The notes under the pieces were generated by a model. It searched no databases, had not been told where the DNA came from, and saw nothing but the letters and a program-made list of their open reading frames with translations. From Sphingomonadales bacterium (GTDB lineage: Bacteria; Pseudomonadota; Alphaproteobacteria; Sphingomonadales; Sphingomonadaceae), in NCBI GenBank assembly GCA_027488785.1, contig JAIYAY010000003.1, forward strand, positions 44,168-76,167: DNA of 32,000 nt. Direction: 5' to 3'. A program made the translations under genes and the position numbers. Shown here piece by piece: positions 6,131-14,465 of this stretch. Each line of letters starts with the position of its first letter. Position 1 is the first letter of the stretch.

Positions 6131-7957
6131 ATGACATTTGAAAATATACCTTCGCTTCTCGATGAAGCGCTCACCGCGCGTGGATATACTACGTTAACGC
6201 CCGTTCAAAACGCTGTAATTGCTGATGAGGTCATCGGACGCGACCTCGTCGTGTCGGCACAAACCGGCTCGGGGAAGACCGTGGCCTTTGGCCTCGCTAT
6301 GGCCCCCCAAATCCTTGATGGCGGTCTAGTTAGCCTTGCACGCGAGCCTGCGGCGCTCATCATCGCGCCGACCCGTGAGCTTGCCTTGCAGGTGAGCCGC
6401 GAATTAATGTGGCTCTATGGCAAAGCAGGCGTGCGTATTGCGACCTGCGTTGGCGGGATGGACGCGTCGAAAGAGCGGCGTAACTTGAACCAAGGCGCGC
6501 AGATTGTTGTCGGCACCCCCGGACGGCTGCGCGACCATTTGGAACGTGGCGCGCTTGACCTGTCGGCGTTGAAGGTCGCGATCTTGGACGAAGCGGACGA
6601 AATGCTCGACATGGGCTTCCGCGAAGAGCTGGAAGAGATATTGAACGCTACGCCGGAAGGCCGGCGGACATTGTTGTTCTCGGCCACTATGCCGAAACCG
6701 ATTGTATCACTGGCCAAACGGTATCAGCGCGATGCTTTGCGCATTTCAACCGTTGGTGAAGACCGCGGCCATGGCGACATCAGCTATCAAGTGGTGACGG
6801 TCGCGCCACCGGACATCGAAAACGCTGTCGTTAACCTGCTACGATTGCATGAGGCGGAAACGGCTATCTTGTTTTGCGCAACCCGTGAAAATGTTCGCCG
6901 CTTGCATGCCAGCTTAACGGAGCGCGGTTTTAACGTTGTCGCTTTGTCGGGTGAGCATTCGCAGTCCGAACGTAACCATGCTCTACAGGCTTTGCGTGAC
7001 CGCCGTGCCCGCGTCTGTGTGGCCACTGACGTTGCCGCACGCGGTATCGATTTGCCGAACCTGTCGCTGGTTGTGCATGTCGAACTGCCACGCGATGCCG
7101 AAGGACTTCAGCACAGATCAGGGCGGACTGGCCGCGCAGGCCGCAAGGGTACCGCTGTCTTGATCGTGCCCTATCAACGCCGCAAGCGCGTGGAATCCAT
7201 GCTGCGCGGCGCCAAGATTGAGGCCGATTGGATCAAGGTTCCAACCGCTGCGGATATCCGTGCCAAGGACCATGAACGCCTGCTTGAAACGCTTCTCACA
7301 CCTGTGGATGTTGAGGACGAAGACCGCGCGCTGGGCGCCCGTTTGCTCGAAACCATGTCGGCCGAAGATATTGCTGCCGCCTTGGTCCGTGTGCATCGTG
7401 CCAAGATGCCGCAAGCTGAAGATTTGCTGGATGACGGCAGCCGCGAACGTCAACGCGACGACCGTCGCGCCGGATTTGACGATTCGGTCTGGTTCAAACT
7501 GAACGTTGGTCGCCGCAACAATGCAGACCCCAAATGGATATTGCCATTATTGTGCCGTCGTGGCGGCGTGACCAAGAATGACATTGGTGCCATCCGCATT
7601 GCCGCCAATGAAACGCATGTCGGCATTGCGGCGGCTGCAGTCGCCAAATTTGCCAAAGCAATTGCGCAACCGGGGCATGACGAAGACAATGACGTCGAAA
7701 TCGTGCAGGCCAGTGGCCCGCCTCGGGAAGCAGCGCGCGAAAATAAGCGTATGGCCCGCGATGGTGATCGTCCGCAGCGTGCCAAGCTTGGCGTCAATCC
7801 ACGCGGCGATGGGTCGCCACGGGGAAGCAATTCTCGCGGCGACAGACCCCGTGGCGGCGGTTCAGGCCGCGATGGCGCACGTCCTTTCCGCAAGGATGGT
7901 CCACCACCGTCAAAGCATGGTGTCAAACACAAGGCCAAGGGCAACCGCCCGCGTTAA
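6131..7957 (+). CDS. DEAD-box ATP-dependent RNA helicase with a DbpA-type RNA-binding domain and an Arg/Gly-rich tail
   Basis: Motifs present: AQTGSGKT (I), PTRELA, DEAD (ILDEADEML), SAT, HRSGRTGRAG (VI). A DbpA-like domain (WFKLNVGRRNNADPKWILPLLCRRGGVTKNDIGAIRI) and an RG-rich C-terminus follow. The start at ATG 6131 (MTFENIPSLLDEAL) is preferred over the GTG at 6080. Confidence 0.9.
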   Translation: MTFENIPSLLDEALTARGYTTLTPVQNAVIADEVIGRDLVVSAQTGSGKTVAFGLAMAPQILDGGLVSLAREPAALIIAPTRELALQVSRELMWLYGKAGVRIATCVGGMDASKERRNLNQGAQIVVGTPGRLRDHLERGALDLSALKVAILDEADEMLDMGFREELEEILNATPEGRRTLLFSATMPKPIVSLAKRYQRDALRISTVGEDRGHGDISYQVVTVAPPDIENAVVNLLRLHEAETAILFCATRENVRRLHASLTERGFNVVALSGEHSQSERNHALQALRDRRARVCVATDVAARGIDLPNLSLVVHVELPRDAEGLQHRSGRTGRAGRKGTAVLIVPYQRRKRVESMLRGAKIEADWIKVPTAADIRAKDHERLLETLLTPVDVEDEDRALGARLLETMSAEDIAAALVRVHRAKMPQAEDLLDDGSRERQRDDRRAGFDDSVWFKLNVGRRNNADPKWILPLLCRRGGVTKNDIGAIRIAANETHVGIAAAAVAKFAKAIAQPGHDEDNDVEIVQASGPPREAARENKRMARDGDRPQRAKLGVNPRGDGSPRGSNSRGDRPRGGGSGRDGARPFRKDGPPPSKHGVKHKAKGNRPR

Positions 7958-8059
7958 TGGATGTTAGGCCGGAAACGGCTTGAGATAGTTTTTCTGGAAA
8001 TGCGCTGAAACTTCGCGCATGAGGGCGGTCTTGAGTAAACCAACCCGAAACGGGAGCTT

Positions 8060-9271
8060 ATGTCCGAAGAATTCTACCGCATCAAACGCTTGCCACCTTA
8101 TGTCATCGCAGAGGTCAATGCGATGCGTGCGGCGGCGCGCGGCGCGGGTGAGGACATTATCGATCTCGGCATGGGCAATCCAGATTTGCCGCCGCCGCCG
8201 CATGTGATCGAAAAATTGTGCGAAGTCGCGCAGAAACCTGATGCCCATGGCTATTCCGCATCCAAGGGCATCCCCGGGCTGCGCAAGGCGCAGGCTAATT
8301 ATTATGGGCGGCGTTTCGGGGTCGATGTTGATCCTGAAAAAGAAGTTGTTGTGACCATGGGTTCGAAGGAAGGGCTGGCGAGTCTTGCGACAGCGATCAC
8401 TGCGCCGGGCGACGTAGTGCTTGCGCCCAACCCCAGCTACCCCATCCATACCTTTGGTTTTATCATTGCGGGCGCGACCATTCGTTCGGTGCCTACCACG
8501 CCTGATGAAAATTACTTCCGTTCGTTGGAACGCGCCATGGCCTTTACCGTACCGCGCCCGTCGATATTGGTGGTCAATTATCCATCCAACCCGACGGCTG
8601 AGACCGTTGATCTGGCCTTTTACGAGCGGCTCGTCGCATGGGCGAAGGAAAACAAGGTCTGGATATTGTCCGACCTAGCTTATTCCGAATTATATTTTGA
8701 CGGCAACCCGACACCATCGATTTTGCAGGTCAAAGGCGGCAAGGATGTTGCGGTTGAATTTACGTCCTTGTCCAAAACCTATTCTATGGCGGGATGGCGC
8801 GTTGGTTTTGCCGTTGGCAACCGCGACCTGATTGCAGCGATGACGCGGGTAAAAAGCTATCTGGATTATGGTGCCTTTACGCCCATTCAGGCAGCGGCCT
8901 GCGCTGCGCTCAACGGGCCGCAGGACATTGTTGAACAAAACCGGCAATTGTATCACAAGCGCCGCGATATCCTTGTCGAGGCCTTCGGGCGGGCCGGCTG
9001 GGACATTCCGCCGCCGCGGGCATCGATGTTTGCTTGGGCACCCTTGCCGCCGGCGCTCGCGCATTTGGGCAGCCTTGAATTTTCCAAGCAGTTGCTGACC
9101 GAGGCAAAGGTCGCGGTCGCGCCGGGCGTGGGCTATGGCGAAGACGGCGAGGGCTATGTCCGCATTGCTATGGTCGAAAATGAACACCGGTTGCGGCAGG
9201 CGGCGCGCAATGTGAAACGCTATCTGCAATCCATGGGTGTCAACACCCCAGCGCAGTCCAAGGCGATTTGA
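8060..9271 (+). CDS. alaC: PLP-dependent class I aminotransferase, AlaC (YfdZ)-like
   Basis: The 403-aa ORF appears collinear, from memory, with E. coli AlaC. Shared segments: RIKRLPPYV, GEDIIDLGMGNPD, HGYSASKGIPGLR, PNPSYPIH, SNPTA, and the PLP lysine in FTSLSKTYSMAGWRVGF. Confidence 0.82.
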   Translation: MSEEFYRIKRLPPYVIAEVNAMRAAARGAGEDIIDLGMGNPDLPPPPHVIEKLCEVAQKPDAHGYSASKGIPGLRKAQANYYGRRFGVDVDPEKEVVVTMGSKEGLASLATAITAPGDVVLAPNPSYPIHTFGFIIAGATIRSVPTTPDENYFRSLERAMAFTVPRPSILVVNYPSNPTAETVDLAFYERLVAWAKENKVWILSDLAYSELYFDGNPTPSILQVKGGKDVAVEFTSLSKTYSMAGWRVGFAVGNRDLIAAMTRVKSYLDYGAFTPIQAAACAALNGPQDIVEQNRQLYHKRRDILVEAFGRAGWDIPPPRASMFAWAPLPPALAHLGSLEFSKQLLTEAKVAVAPGVGYGEDGEGYVRIAMVENEHRLRQAARNVKRYLQSMGVNTPAQSKAI

Positions 9272-9272
9272 C

Positions 9273-9737
9273 ATGGCTCGGGGTGACTTTGCGTTTCATC
9301 ATGGCTTGCGCGTGCGCTGGTCAGAAACCGATGCGCAAGGCGTTGTCTTCAACGCCCGATATCTCGATTATGCGGATATCGCGATTACAGAATATTGGCG
9401 TGCGGTAAAGTTTCGCGATTATGCCGATAACGCGCCGATGGAATTTCATGTCAAAAAAGCGACCGTAACATGGTTTGCACCGATTAAGCCGGATGAAATG
9501 ATTGAAGTCATGGCGCGGACCATCGCAACGGGGCGCACAAGCATGACGCAGCTCGTTGAAATTCATGGCCTCACCGAAGATAGATCGGACGATTTGCGTG
9601 CGACGGTGGATTTGGTCAGCGTGCATGTGGATCTCGACGTGCATCGTCCCATCCCGTTGCCCGATTGGGTGAAGGGCGTTTTTACGGCGTTTGACAGCCA
9701 AGCAACCAATATGCAGTCGTCTCTGGCCGAGGCTTGA
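9273..9737 (+). CDS. 4HBT/YbgC-like acyl-CoA thioesterase (hotdog fold)
   Basis: The N-terminus FHHGLRVRWSETDAQGVVFNARYLDYADIAITEYWR is the typical 4HBT signature. The ATG at 9273 lies 1 nt after the aminotransferase stop. Confidence 0.8.
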   Translation: MARGDFAFHHGLRVRWSETDAQGVVFNARYLDYADIAITEYWRAVKFRDYADNAPMEFHVKKATVTWFAPIKPDEMIEVMARTIATGRTSMTQLVEIHGLTEDRSDDLRATVDLVSVHVDLDVHRPIPLPDWVKGVFTAFDSQATNMQSSLAEA

Positions 9738-9756
9738 GACGTTGGCCCGACATGTC

Positions 9757-10482
9757 ATGACCGCTAAGATGATGGCACTAACGCTGGCGCTAGTGTTCGT
9801 CAGCGGCTGCCAACAAAGTGCAACGGAAGAGCAAAATGCAACCATGATGGAATTTCCGCGCCCGGATCGCACGGTATCGGCGATTGGCGACACGGAATTT
9901 TCGACAGAGGCTGCTCGTGATGAGCTGGGCGAAGCCGAATATGTCATGGATTGGGCAGGCGTTCAGTTGGGGGCCACCGTAGCGGACATTGGCGCAGGAG
10001 AGGGCTATTACACCATCCGCCTTGCCGATCGTGTTGGCCCTAAAGGCCGCGTTTTGGCGCAGGACATTAATCGCGGCGCGCTGAACCGGCTTGGGGAGCG
10101 TGTGACCCGCGAGCAGCTCGATAATGTTGCGATTAAGGAAGGTGCGGTCGACGATCCACGCCTGCCGAGGAACAGCTTTGACCGGATATTCATGGTGCAT
10201 ATGTACCATGAGATTGAAGAGCCTTATGCGTTTCTGTGGCGGATGCGGCCGGCACTGGCGAAGGGCGGGCAGGTGATTGTCGTCGACCGCGATCGGGTGA
10301 CGCACCAGCATGGCATTCCGCCAAAATTGCTCTTCTGTGAATTTGAAGCCGTCGGCTACCGCCTAACCGGCTTTACCGAGCAACTGAAGCTTGGTGGCTA
10401 TATTGCGCGGTTTGAAGTTAGCGGCGAACGGCCCGAGCCATCGGCCATACGGAGCTGCGCAAGCCTCTATCCGCAAAGCTGA
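9757..10482 (+). CDS. Class I SAM-dependent methyltransferase with a predicted lipoprotein signal peptide
   Basis: From the ATG at 9757 the protein reads MTAKMMALTLALVFVSGCQQ, with the lipobox V-S-G-C. SAM-binding motif I is VADIGAGEGYYT, followed by VLAQDI and FMVHMYHE. Confidence 0.75.
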   Translation: MTAKMMALTLALVFVSGCQQSATEEQNATMMEFPRPDRTVSAIGDTEFSTEAARDELGEAEYVMDWAGVQLGATVADIGAGEGYYTIRLADRVGPKGRVLAQDINRGALNRLGERVTREQLDNVAIKEGAVDDPRLPRNSFDRIFMVHMYHEIEEPYAFLWRMRPALAKGGQVIVVDRDRVTHQHGIPPKLLFCEFEAVGYRLTGFTEQLKLGGYIARFEVSGERPEPSAIRSCASLYPQS

Positions 10483-10550
10483 GGTTTCTCATTCCCCGTC
10501 AAACCCAATGAAGGCGCCGAAAAGGATATTTTGCTCGCGCGCTTTCTGCA

Positions 10551-10588
10551 CAAAAAAGGGCGGCCTATTGCTAGACCGCCCCTTTTGT
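10551..10588. terminator. Bidirectional rho-independent terminator between the methyltransferase (+) and rplL (-)
   Basis: The stem is GGGCGGCC-TATTGCTA-GACCGCCC. It is flanked by A6 on the left (a T6 run for the minus-strand rplL transcript) and by CTTTTGT on the right. Confidence 0.8.
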
Positions 10589-10610
10589 ATATCCCGAAAG
10601 GGAGACTGAA

Positions 10611-10982
10611 TTACTTCAGTTCTACGGTTCCGCCTGCAGCAAGGATCTTCGCCTTGATGTCTTCGGCTTCTGCCTTGTTTACGCCTTCCTTGAGCGCCTT
10701 TGGTGCGGCCTCAACAAGCGCCTTTGCTTCGGTCAGACCCAAGTTAGTGATTGCGCGTACTTCCTTGATGACGGCAATCTTGTTTCCGCCGTCGCCGGTC
10801 AGGATAACGTCGAATTCAGTCTGCTCTTCAGCAGCTGGTGCAGCAGCGGCAGCAGGGCCAGCAACAGCAACAGCAGCAGCGGCGCTAACGCCCCACTTTT
10901 CTTCCAAAGCCTTTGCAAGGTCAGCCGCTTCAAGAACGGTCAAAGCCGAAAGTTGGTCTACGAGCTTTTCAATATCAGCCAT
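10611..10982 (-). CDS. rplL: 50S ribosomal protein L7/L12
   Basis: The 123-aa ORF has [32 protein letters not shown], an Ala-rich hinge, and a C-terminal domain ending in GGTVELK. Confidence 0.97.
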   Translation of the reverse strand: MADIEKLVDQLSALTVLEAADLAKALEEKWGVSAAAAVAVAGPAAAAAPAAEEQTEFDVILTGDGGNKIAVIKEVRAITNLGLTEAKALVEAAPKALKEGVNKAEAEDIKAKILAAGGTVELK

Positions 10983-11056
10983 TTAAATAACACTCCGATT
11001 TTCTGTCATATCTGTAGGGCCCGCCCAAATGGACGCAGCCGGTTTCATGTAAAAAG

Positions 11057-11572
11057 TTACGCTGCCTTTTGGTCAGCATAGGCACCAAATACCCGTGCCA
11101 ATTTCGCTGCCGGTGCGGTCGAAAGCTGAGCGATTTTCGTTGCCGGTGCTTGTACAAGACCGATAAGCTTCGCGCGCAGTTCGTCGAGCGATGGCATGGA
11201 AGCCAACGCCTTTACACCGTTTACATCGAGGAACGTGTCACCCATCGCGCCGCCGACAATTTCAAGTTTGTCATTGGTCTTGGCGAACTCGACCGCAATC
11301 TTTGCAGCGGCGACCGGGTCCGACGATGTGGCGAGCGCCGTAGGTCCGGTAAGCAATTCTGCTACCGCGCCATATTGCGTTCCCTCAAGGGCGATTTTGG
11401 CAAGACGGTTCTTGGCAACCTTATATGTTGCGCCCGCATCGCGCATCTTCAAACGAAGGTCGGTCGATTGTGCAACTGTCAGCCCGAGATTACGGGTAAC
11501 AACAACAACCGCCGCTTCATTAAAAGTGGCGTTCAGCGATGCAACTGTTTCGGTCTTTTCAGAACGGTTCAT
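11057..11572 (-). CDS. rplJ: 50S ribosomal protein L10
   Basis: The 171-aa ORF begins [44 protein letters not shown]. It sits immediately upstream of rplL, and AAGGAG lies 7 nt upstream of the ATG. Confidence 0.97.
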   Translation of the reverse strand: MNRSEKTETVASLNATFNEAAVVVVTRNLGLTVAQSTDLRLKMRDAGATYKVAKNRLAKIALEGTQYGAVAELLTGPTALATSSDPVAAAKIAVEFAKTNDKLEIVGGAMGDTFLDVNGVKALASMPSLDELRAKLIGLVQAPATKIAQLSTAPAAKLARVFGAYADQKAA

Positions 11573-11835
11573 GCATTACTCCTTATTTGGGCCGTCCCGG
11601 CGAACCGGGCAAGCCCAACACGAAAAGCGAAGCGCCCGGATGGGCCCTTGCGCTGACTTAGTCCGTGGGGAAGTTTCATGCCGAACGCACACGACAGATT
11701 GTCGAAGCAGTGGCGAAGGATGGCAAAGCCAATCCTGAAATCTCTATCCCCGTCTAGGCTGGACATTAAGAACGGCAAATTCCGTTCACCAACTGTCTCG
11801 GACGGTTGCCGGTGAAGCCGTCGCTCCACCGAACA
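11573..11835 (-). promoter_or_regulatory. Probable structured rplJ 5' leader (L10/L12 autoregulatory leader)
   Basis: There is 441 bp without convincing coding potential upstream of rplJ. A nested hairpin, TTGGGC-TTG-CCCGG-TTCG-CCGGG-ACG-GCCCAA, sits directly before the SD. The extent and 5' end are guesses, and I could not align it to a covariance model. Confidence 0.4.
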
Positions 11836-12013
11836 GGGGTGCCACTAGCAGGGTTGAGGAGAGAGTCAAGCGCGTTGCGGAAATCTGCGCTTTACAAGGT
11901 CGCTGTTTGTTCGAAAACTTGTGTAGCTTTGGACAATTTATCTTACTGGACAAGCTTTGCTGCACTGACTTAATCAGGTCGTCCTCATGATCCCAGGCAA
12001 GATAGGAGCAAAT

Positions 12014-12427
12014 ATGCCGGATGTCCGTGAAAATACTATGGCCCTGATAGAGCGCTATTATGCCGCGTTTAACGCCATGGACATTGACGCTATATTGGCT
12101 TGCCTGACCGATGATGTGGCGCATGACATTAATCAAGGTGAACGCGAAACCGGCAAGGATGCGTTCCGCGCGTTTCTGGGACGCATGGACCATGCCTATA
12201 GCGAACAGTTACGGGATATCGTCATCATGACCAGCACGGACGGCGCGCGCGCTGCGGCCGAATTCATGGTGCACGGCGTATATAAGGTCGCCGACGAAGG
12301 CTTTCCGCCCGCGCATGGACAAAGCTATGTTTTGCCGGCGGGTGGCTTTTTTGAAATCGTCGATGGAAAGATTGCGCGCGTGTCGGTCTATTATAACTTA
12401 ACCGACTGGATCGCCCAAGTTTCATGA
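12014..12427 (+). CDS. NTF2-like / SnoaL-like (ketosteroid-isomerase-related) small protein
   Basis: AGGAG lies 5 nt upstream of the ATG at 12014. The sequence LIERYYAAFNAMDIDAILACLTDDVAHD...FFEIVDGKIARVSVYYN is the typical SnoaL/NTF2 cone-fold pattern. Confidence 0.7.
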   Translation: MPDVRENTMALIERYYAAFNAMDIDAILACLTDDVAHDINQGERETGKDAFRAFLGRMDHAYSEQLRDIVIMTSTDGARAAAEFMVHGVYKVADEGFPPAHGQSYVLPAGGFFEIVDGKIARVSVYYNLTDWIAQVS

Positions 12428-13014
12428 CGATCCGCGTCCGCAGTTTGACAGATAAGCAGGAACGCCAAGCGGCGATTCCGGCTTTGTCCGATCTGCGAAT
12501 CCGCGTCTTTCGGGGATGGCCCTATCTATATGATGGGACGACGGACTATGAAGCGGAATATCTTGCTGAATTTATCGATGAGCCCGGCTCGGTGCTGGTG
12601 GTAGCAACGGATGGTGCTGCGGTTGTCGGTGCGGCAACAGCGTCCCCAATGGCGGGTCAGAAGCCGGAATTTCAGGCGCCCTTGCGGAAACGCGGACTGG
12701 ATGTCGCGCGGATTTTCTATTTCGGGGAGTCTGTATTGCTTCCGCAGTATCAAGGGCAGGGTATTGGCCATCAATTTTTCGACGCGCGCGAGGCGGCGGC
12801 GCGGGCGGCAGGCGCTGTCCATGCCAGCTTTTGTGCCGTGATACGTCCGGACGACCATCCTATGCGACCACAAGCGCCCCGCGACTTGGCACCCTTTTGG
12901 CGCGCGCGGGGCTATGCGCCGGTCGAGGGATTGACAACGATGCTGCATTGGCAGGATGTCGGCGATGCTGACGAAAGCCCGCATCCGATGCAATTTTGGA
13001 TGCGCGACCTATGA
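12424..13014 (+). CDS. GNAT family N-acetyltransferase
   Basis: The 196-aa ORF has the acetyl-CoA-binding motif LLPQYQGQGIGHQFF (Q/R-x-x-G-x-G/A). Its ATG overlaps the upstream stop (ATGA at 12424-12427). Confidence 0.72.
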   Translation: MTIRVRSLTDKQERQAAIPALSDLRIRVFRGWPYLYDGTTDYEAEYLAEFIDEPGSVLVVATDGAAVVGAATASPMAGQKPEFQAPLRKRGLDVARIFYFGESVLLPQYQGQGIGHQFFDAREAAARAAGAVHASFCAVIRPDDHPMRPQAPRDLAPFWRARGYAPVEGLTTMLHWQDVGDADESPHPMQFWMRDL

Positions 13015-13916
13015 CCGCGCCTGTTCGCATTGCCGCCGCCCAATATCCCATCGGGCAGCCGGAGAGCTTTGCCGACTGGCAAGGCAAAGTCGCGGCGTGG
13101 GCTGTCGACGCATTAGAGCAGCGCGCACAGCTTTTGGTGTTTCCCGAATATGCGGCGATGGAACTGGCGGCAATCGACACCGCTACCGCCAGCGATCTGC
13201 ACGCCTCATTGCGCGCTGTGGTGGCCCTGGGGCCGCAGATTGATGACCATTATGCCGATTTGGCGCGGCTTTTTGGTGTTGCGGTGCTGGGCGGAACACG
13301 CCCGCATGCTTTGGATGACGGACGGGTTGTTAATCGGGCAAGCTTATATCTTCCCGACGGGCAAAACGGGCATCAGGACAAGATCATGATGACGCGCTTC
13401 GAACGGGAATCCTGGGATATTCAGGGCGGGACCGACTTGCGCGTTTTTCGAACGCCTTTGGGCATGCTTAGCATTTCGACTTGCTATGATGTCGAATTCC
13501 CCATGATCGCGCGGACGCAGGCCGCCGCAGGTGCACAGGTCATCCTCTGTCCGTCCTGTACCGACAGTTTACAAGGCTATTATCGGGTCCGCATTGGCGC
13601 GCAGGCACGGGCATTGGAAAACCAAATTTTTGTTGTGCAGGCACCAACGGTCGGCATGGCGCCCTGGTCACCTGCGCTCGATGAAAATTACGGCGCGGCG
13701 GGTGTTTTCGTTCCACCCGATGGCGATAGCCCCGATGACGGCGTTTTGGCTATTGGAACCGAAGGGCAAGGGGAATGGGTCTTTGCGGATGTGGATGTTG
13801 CCCGCGTCGAACGATGGCGCAGCGCCGGCGCAGTGCGCCCGTTTGCGCACTGGCCCGAACAATATCGCGGGGCAAAAGCTGATGATCTAGCCGTGGACAT
13901 CATCGCGCTAGATTAA
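13011..13916 (+). CDS. Carbon-nitrogen hydrolase (nitrilase superfamily) protein
   Basis: The catalytic E-K-C triad contexts are present: LLVFPEYAA (Glu), GHQDKIMMTRFE (Lys), ISTCYDVEFP (Cys). ARALENQIFVV is also present. The ATG at 13011 overlaps the GNAT stop (ATGA). Confidence 0.85.
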   Translation: MTAPVRIAAAQYPIGQPESFADWQGKVAAWAVDALEQRAQLLVFPEYAAMELAAIDTATASDLHASLRAVVALGPQIDDHYADLARLFGVAVLGGTRPHALDDGRVVNRASLYLPDGQNGHQDKIMMTRFERESWDIQGGTDLRVFRTPLGMLSISTCYDVEFPMIARTQAAAGAQVILCPSCTDSLQGYYRVRIGAQARALENQIFVVQAPTVGMAPWSPALDENYGAAGVFVPPDGDSPDDGVLAIGTEGQGEWVFADVDVARVERWRSAGAVRPFAHWPEQYRGAKADDLAVDIIALD

Positions 13917-13945
13917 GTCCTAAGCCCTTTATCGCGGCGATATGT

Positions 13946-14410
13946 TCAACCTATTTCGAAAATGGAATAAATCGGACCGGTTGCCGTGCGTTCACCCGTG
14001 CCGACCGCAACCACATTGTTGAGCCAGTTATAGCGGGCATCACCACATTCAAACTTTGCCGAGATAGCCAAGGAATATTCGGAGGTATCCAGTGCCTCGC
14101 CTTTGGCAAAGCGGGCCATGGCATCGGCGTTGGCGAGGAAACGTCCTTGATAGGTCAGATATATCAGCGCGCCGTCGTCGGTTTGGAGCGTCAGACGAAC
14201 GTCAATGGCCATAACGCCGTCATTCCGGTTGACGACCCAATCATTTCCACCGGGCAGTACCTTGCCTTTCAGCCGTTCGCCGGTGAAGTGGCCACCGGTG
14301 ACCGGCGCGATGCGGCGCACACCGGCTGGGGTCTGGCCAATGCTGACCATCCCTGCAAAATCAACGGTCAACGTCATTTGTATGAGGTGGCGATGCTGTA
14401 AATTGTTCAT
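13946..14410 (-). CDS. DUF3237 (UPF0311) family protein
   Basis: The sequence GQTPAGVRRIAPVTGGHFTGERLKGKVLPGGNDWVVNRNDGVMAIDVRLTLQTDDGALIYLTYQGR matches my memory of the DUF3237 pattern. The start is uncertain: the ATG at 14410 and the ATG at 14377 are both possible. The longer track ORF would overlap the Rieske gene. Confidence 0.7.
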   Translation of the reverse strand: MNNLQHRHLIQMTLTVDFAGMVSIGQTPAGVRRIAPVTGGHFTGERLKGKVLPGGNDWVVNRNDGVMAIDVRLTLQTDDGALIYLTYQGRFLANADAMARFAKGEALDTSEYSLAISAKFECGDARYNWLNNVVAVGTGERTATGPIYSIFEIG

Positions 14411-14465
14411 TGCGCAGTTGCTATCATGACGGCAGGATGGTGCAAGACAAATTAGGGAGAGTGAG

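Noticed and set aside
7740-7957. There is repetitive Arg/Gly/Asp/Pro-rich coding sequence at the 3' end of the helicase gene.
   Set aside because: RG-rich C-terminal tails are common in bacterial DEAD-box helicases. I treat it as part of the CDS, not a separate feature.
7958-8059. Small hairpins GCCG-GAAA-CGGC and ATGCGC-N9-GCGCAT follow the helicase gene and could be a terminator.
   Set aside because: The stems are short (4-6 bp) and no adjacent T-tract is present. This is not enough support to annotate a terminator.
7450-9947. Minus-strand ORFs at 7450..7944, 7964..8449, 8690..9274 and 9321..9947 overlap the helicase, aminotransferase and thioesterase genes.
   Set aside because: They are shadow ORFs opposite strongly supported + strand genes. 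They have low-complexity, Arg-rich translations and no motifs.
10828-10890. A GCA/GCC-rich quasi-tandem repeat lies inside rplL.
   Set aside because: It encodes the normal Ala-rich flexible hinge of L7/L12 and is not a repeat element.
11569-12193. Minus-strand ORFs 11569..11829 (86 aa) and 11786..12193 (135 aa) lie upstream of rplJ.
   Set aside because: They have no protein-family resemblance. They overlap the expected structured L10 leader and promoter, and the second also overlaps the NTF2-like gene start. They are more likely non-coding.
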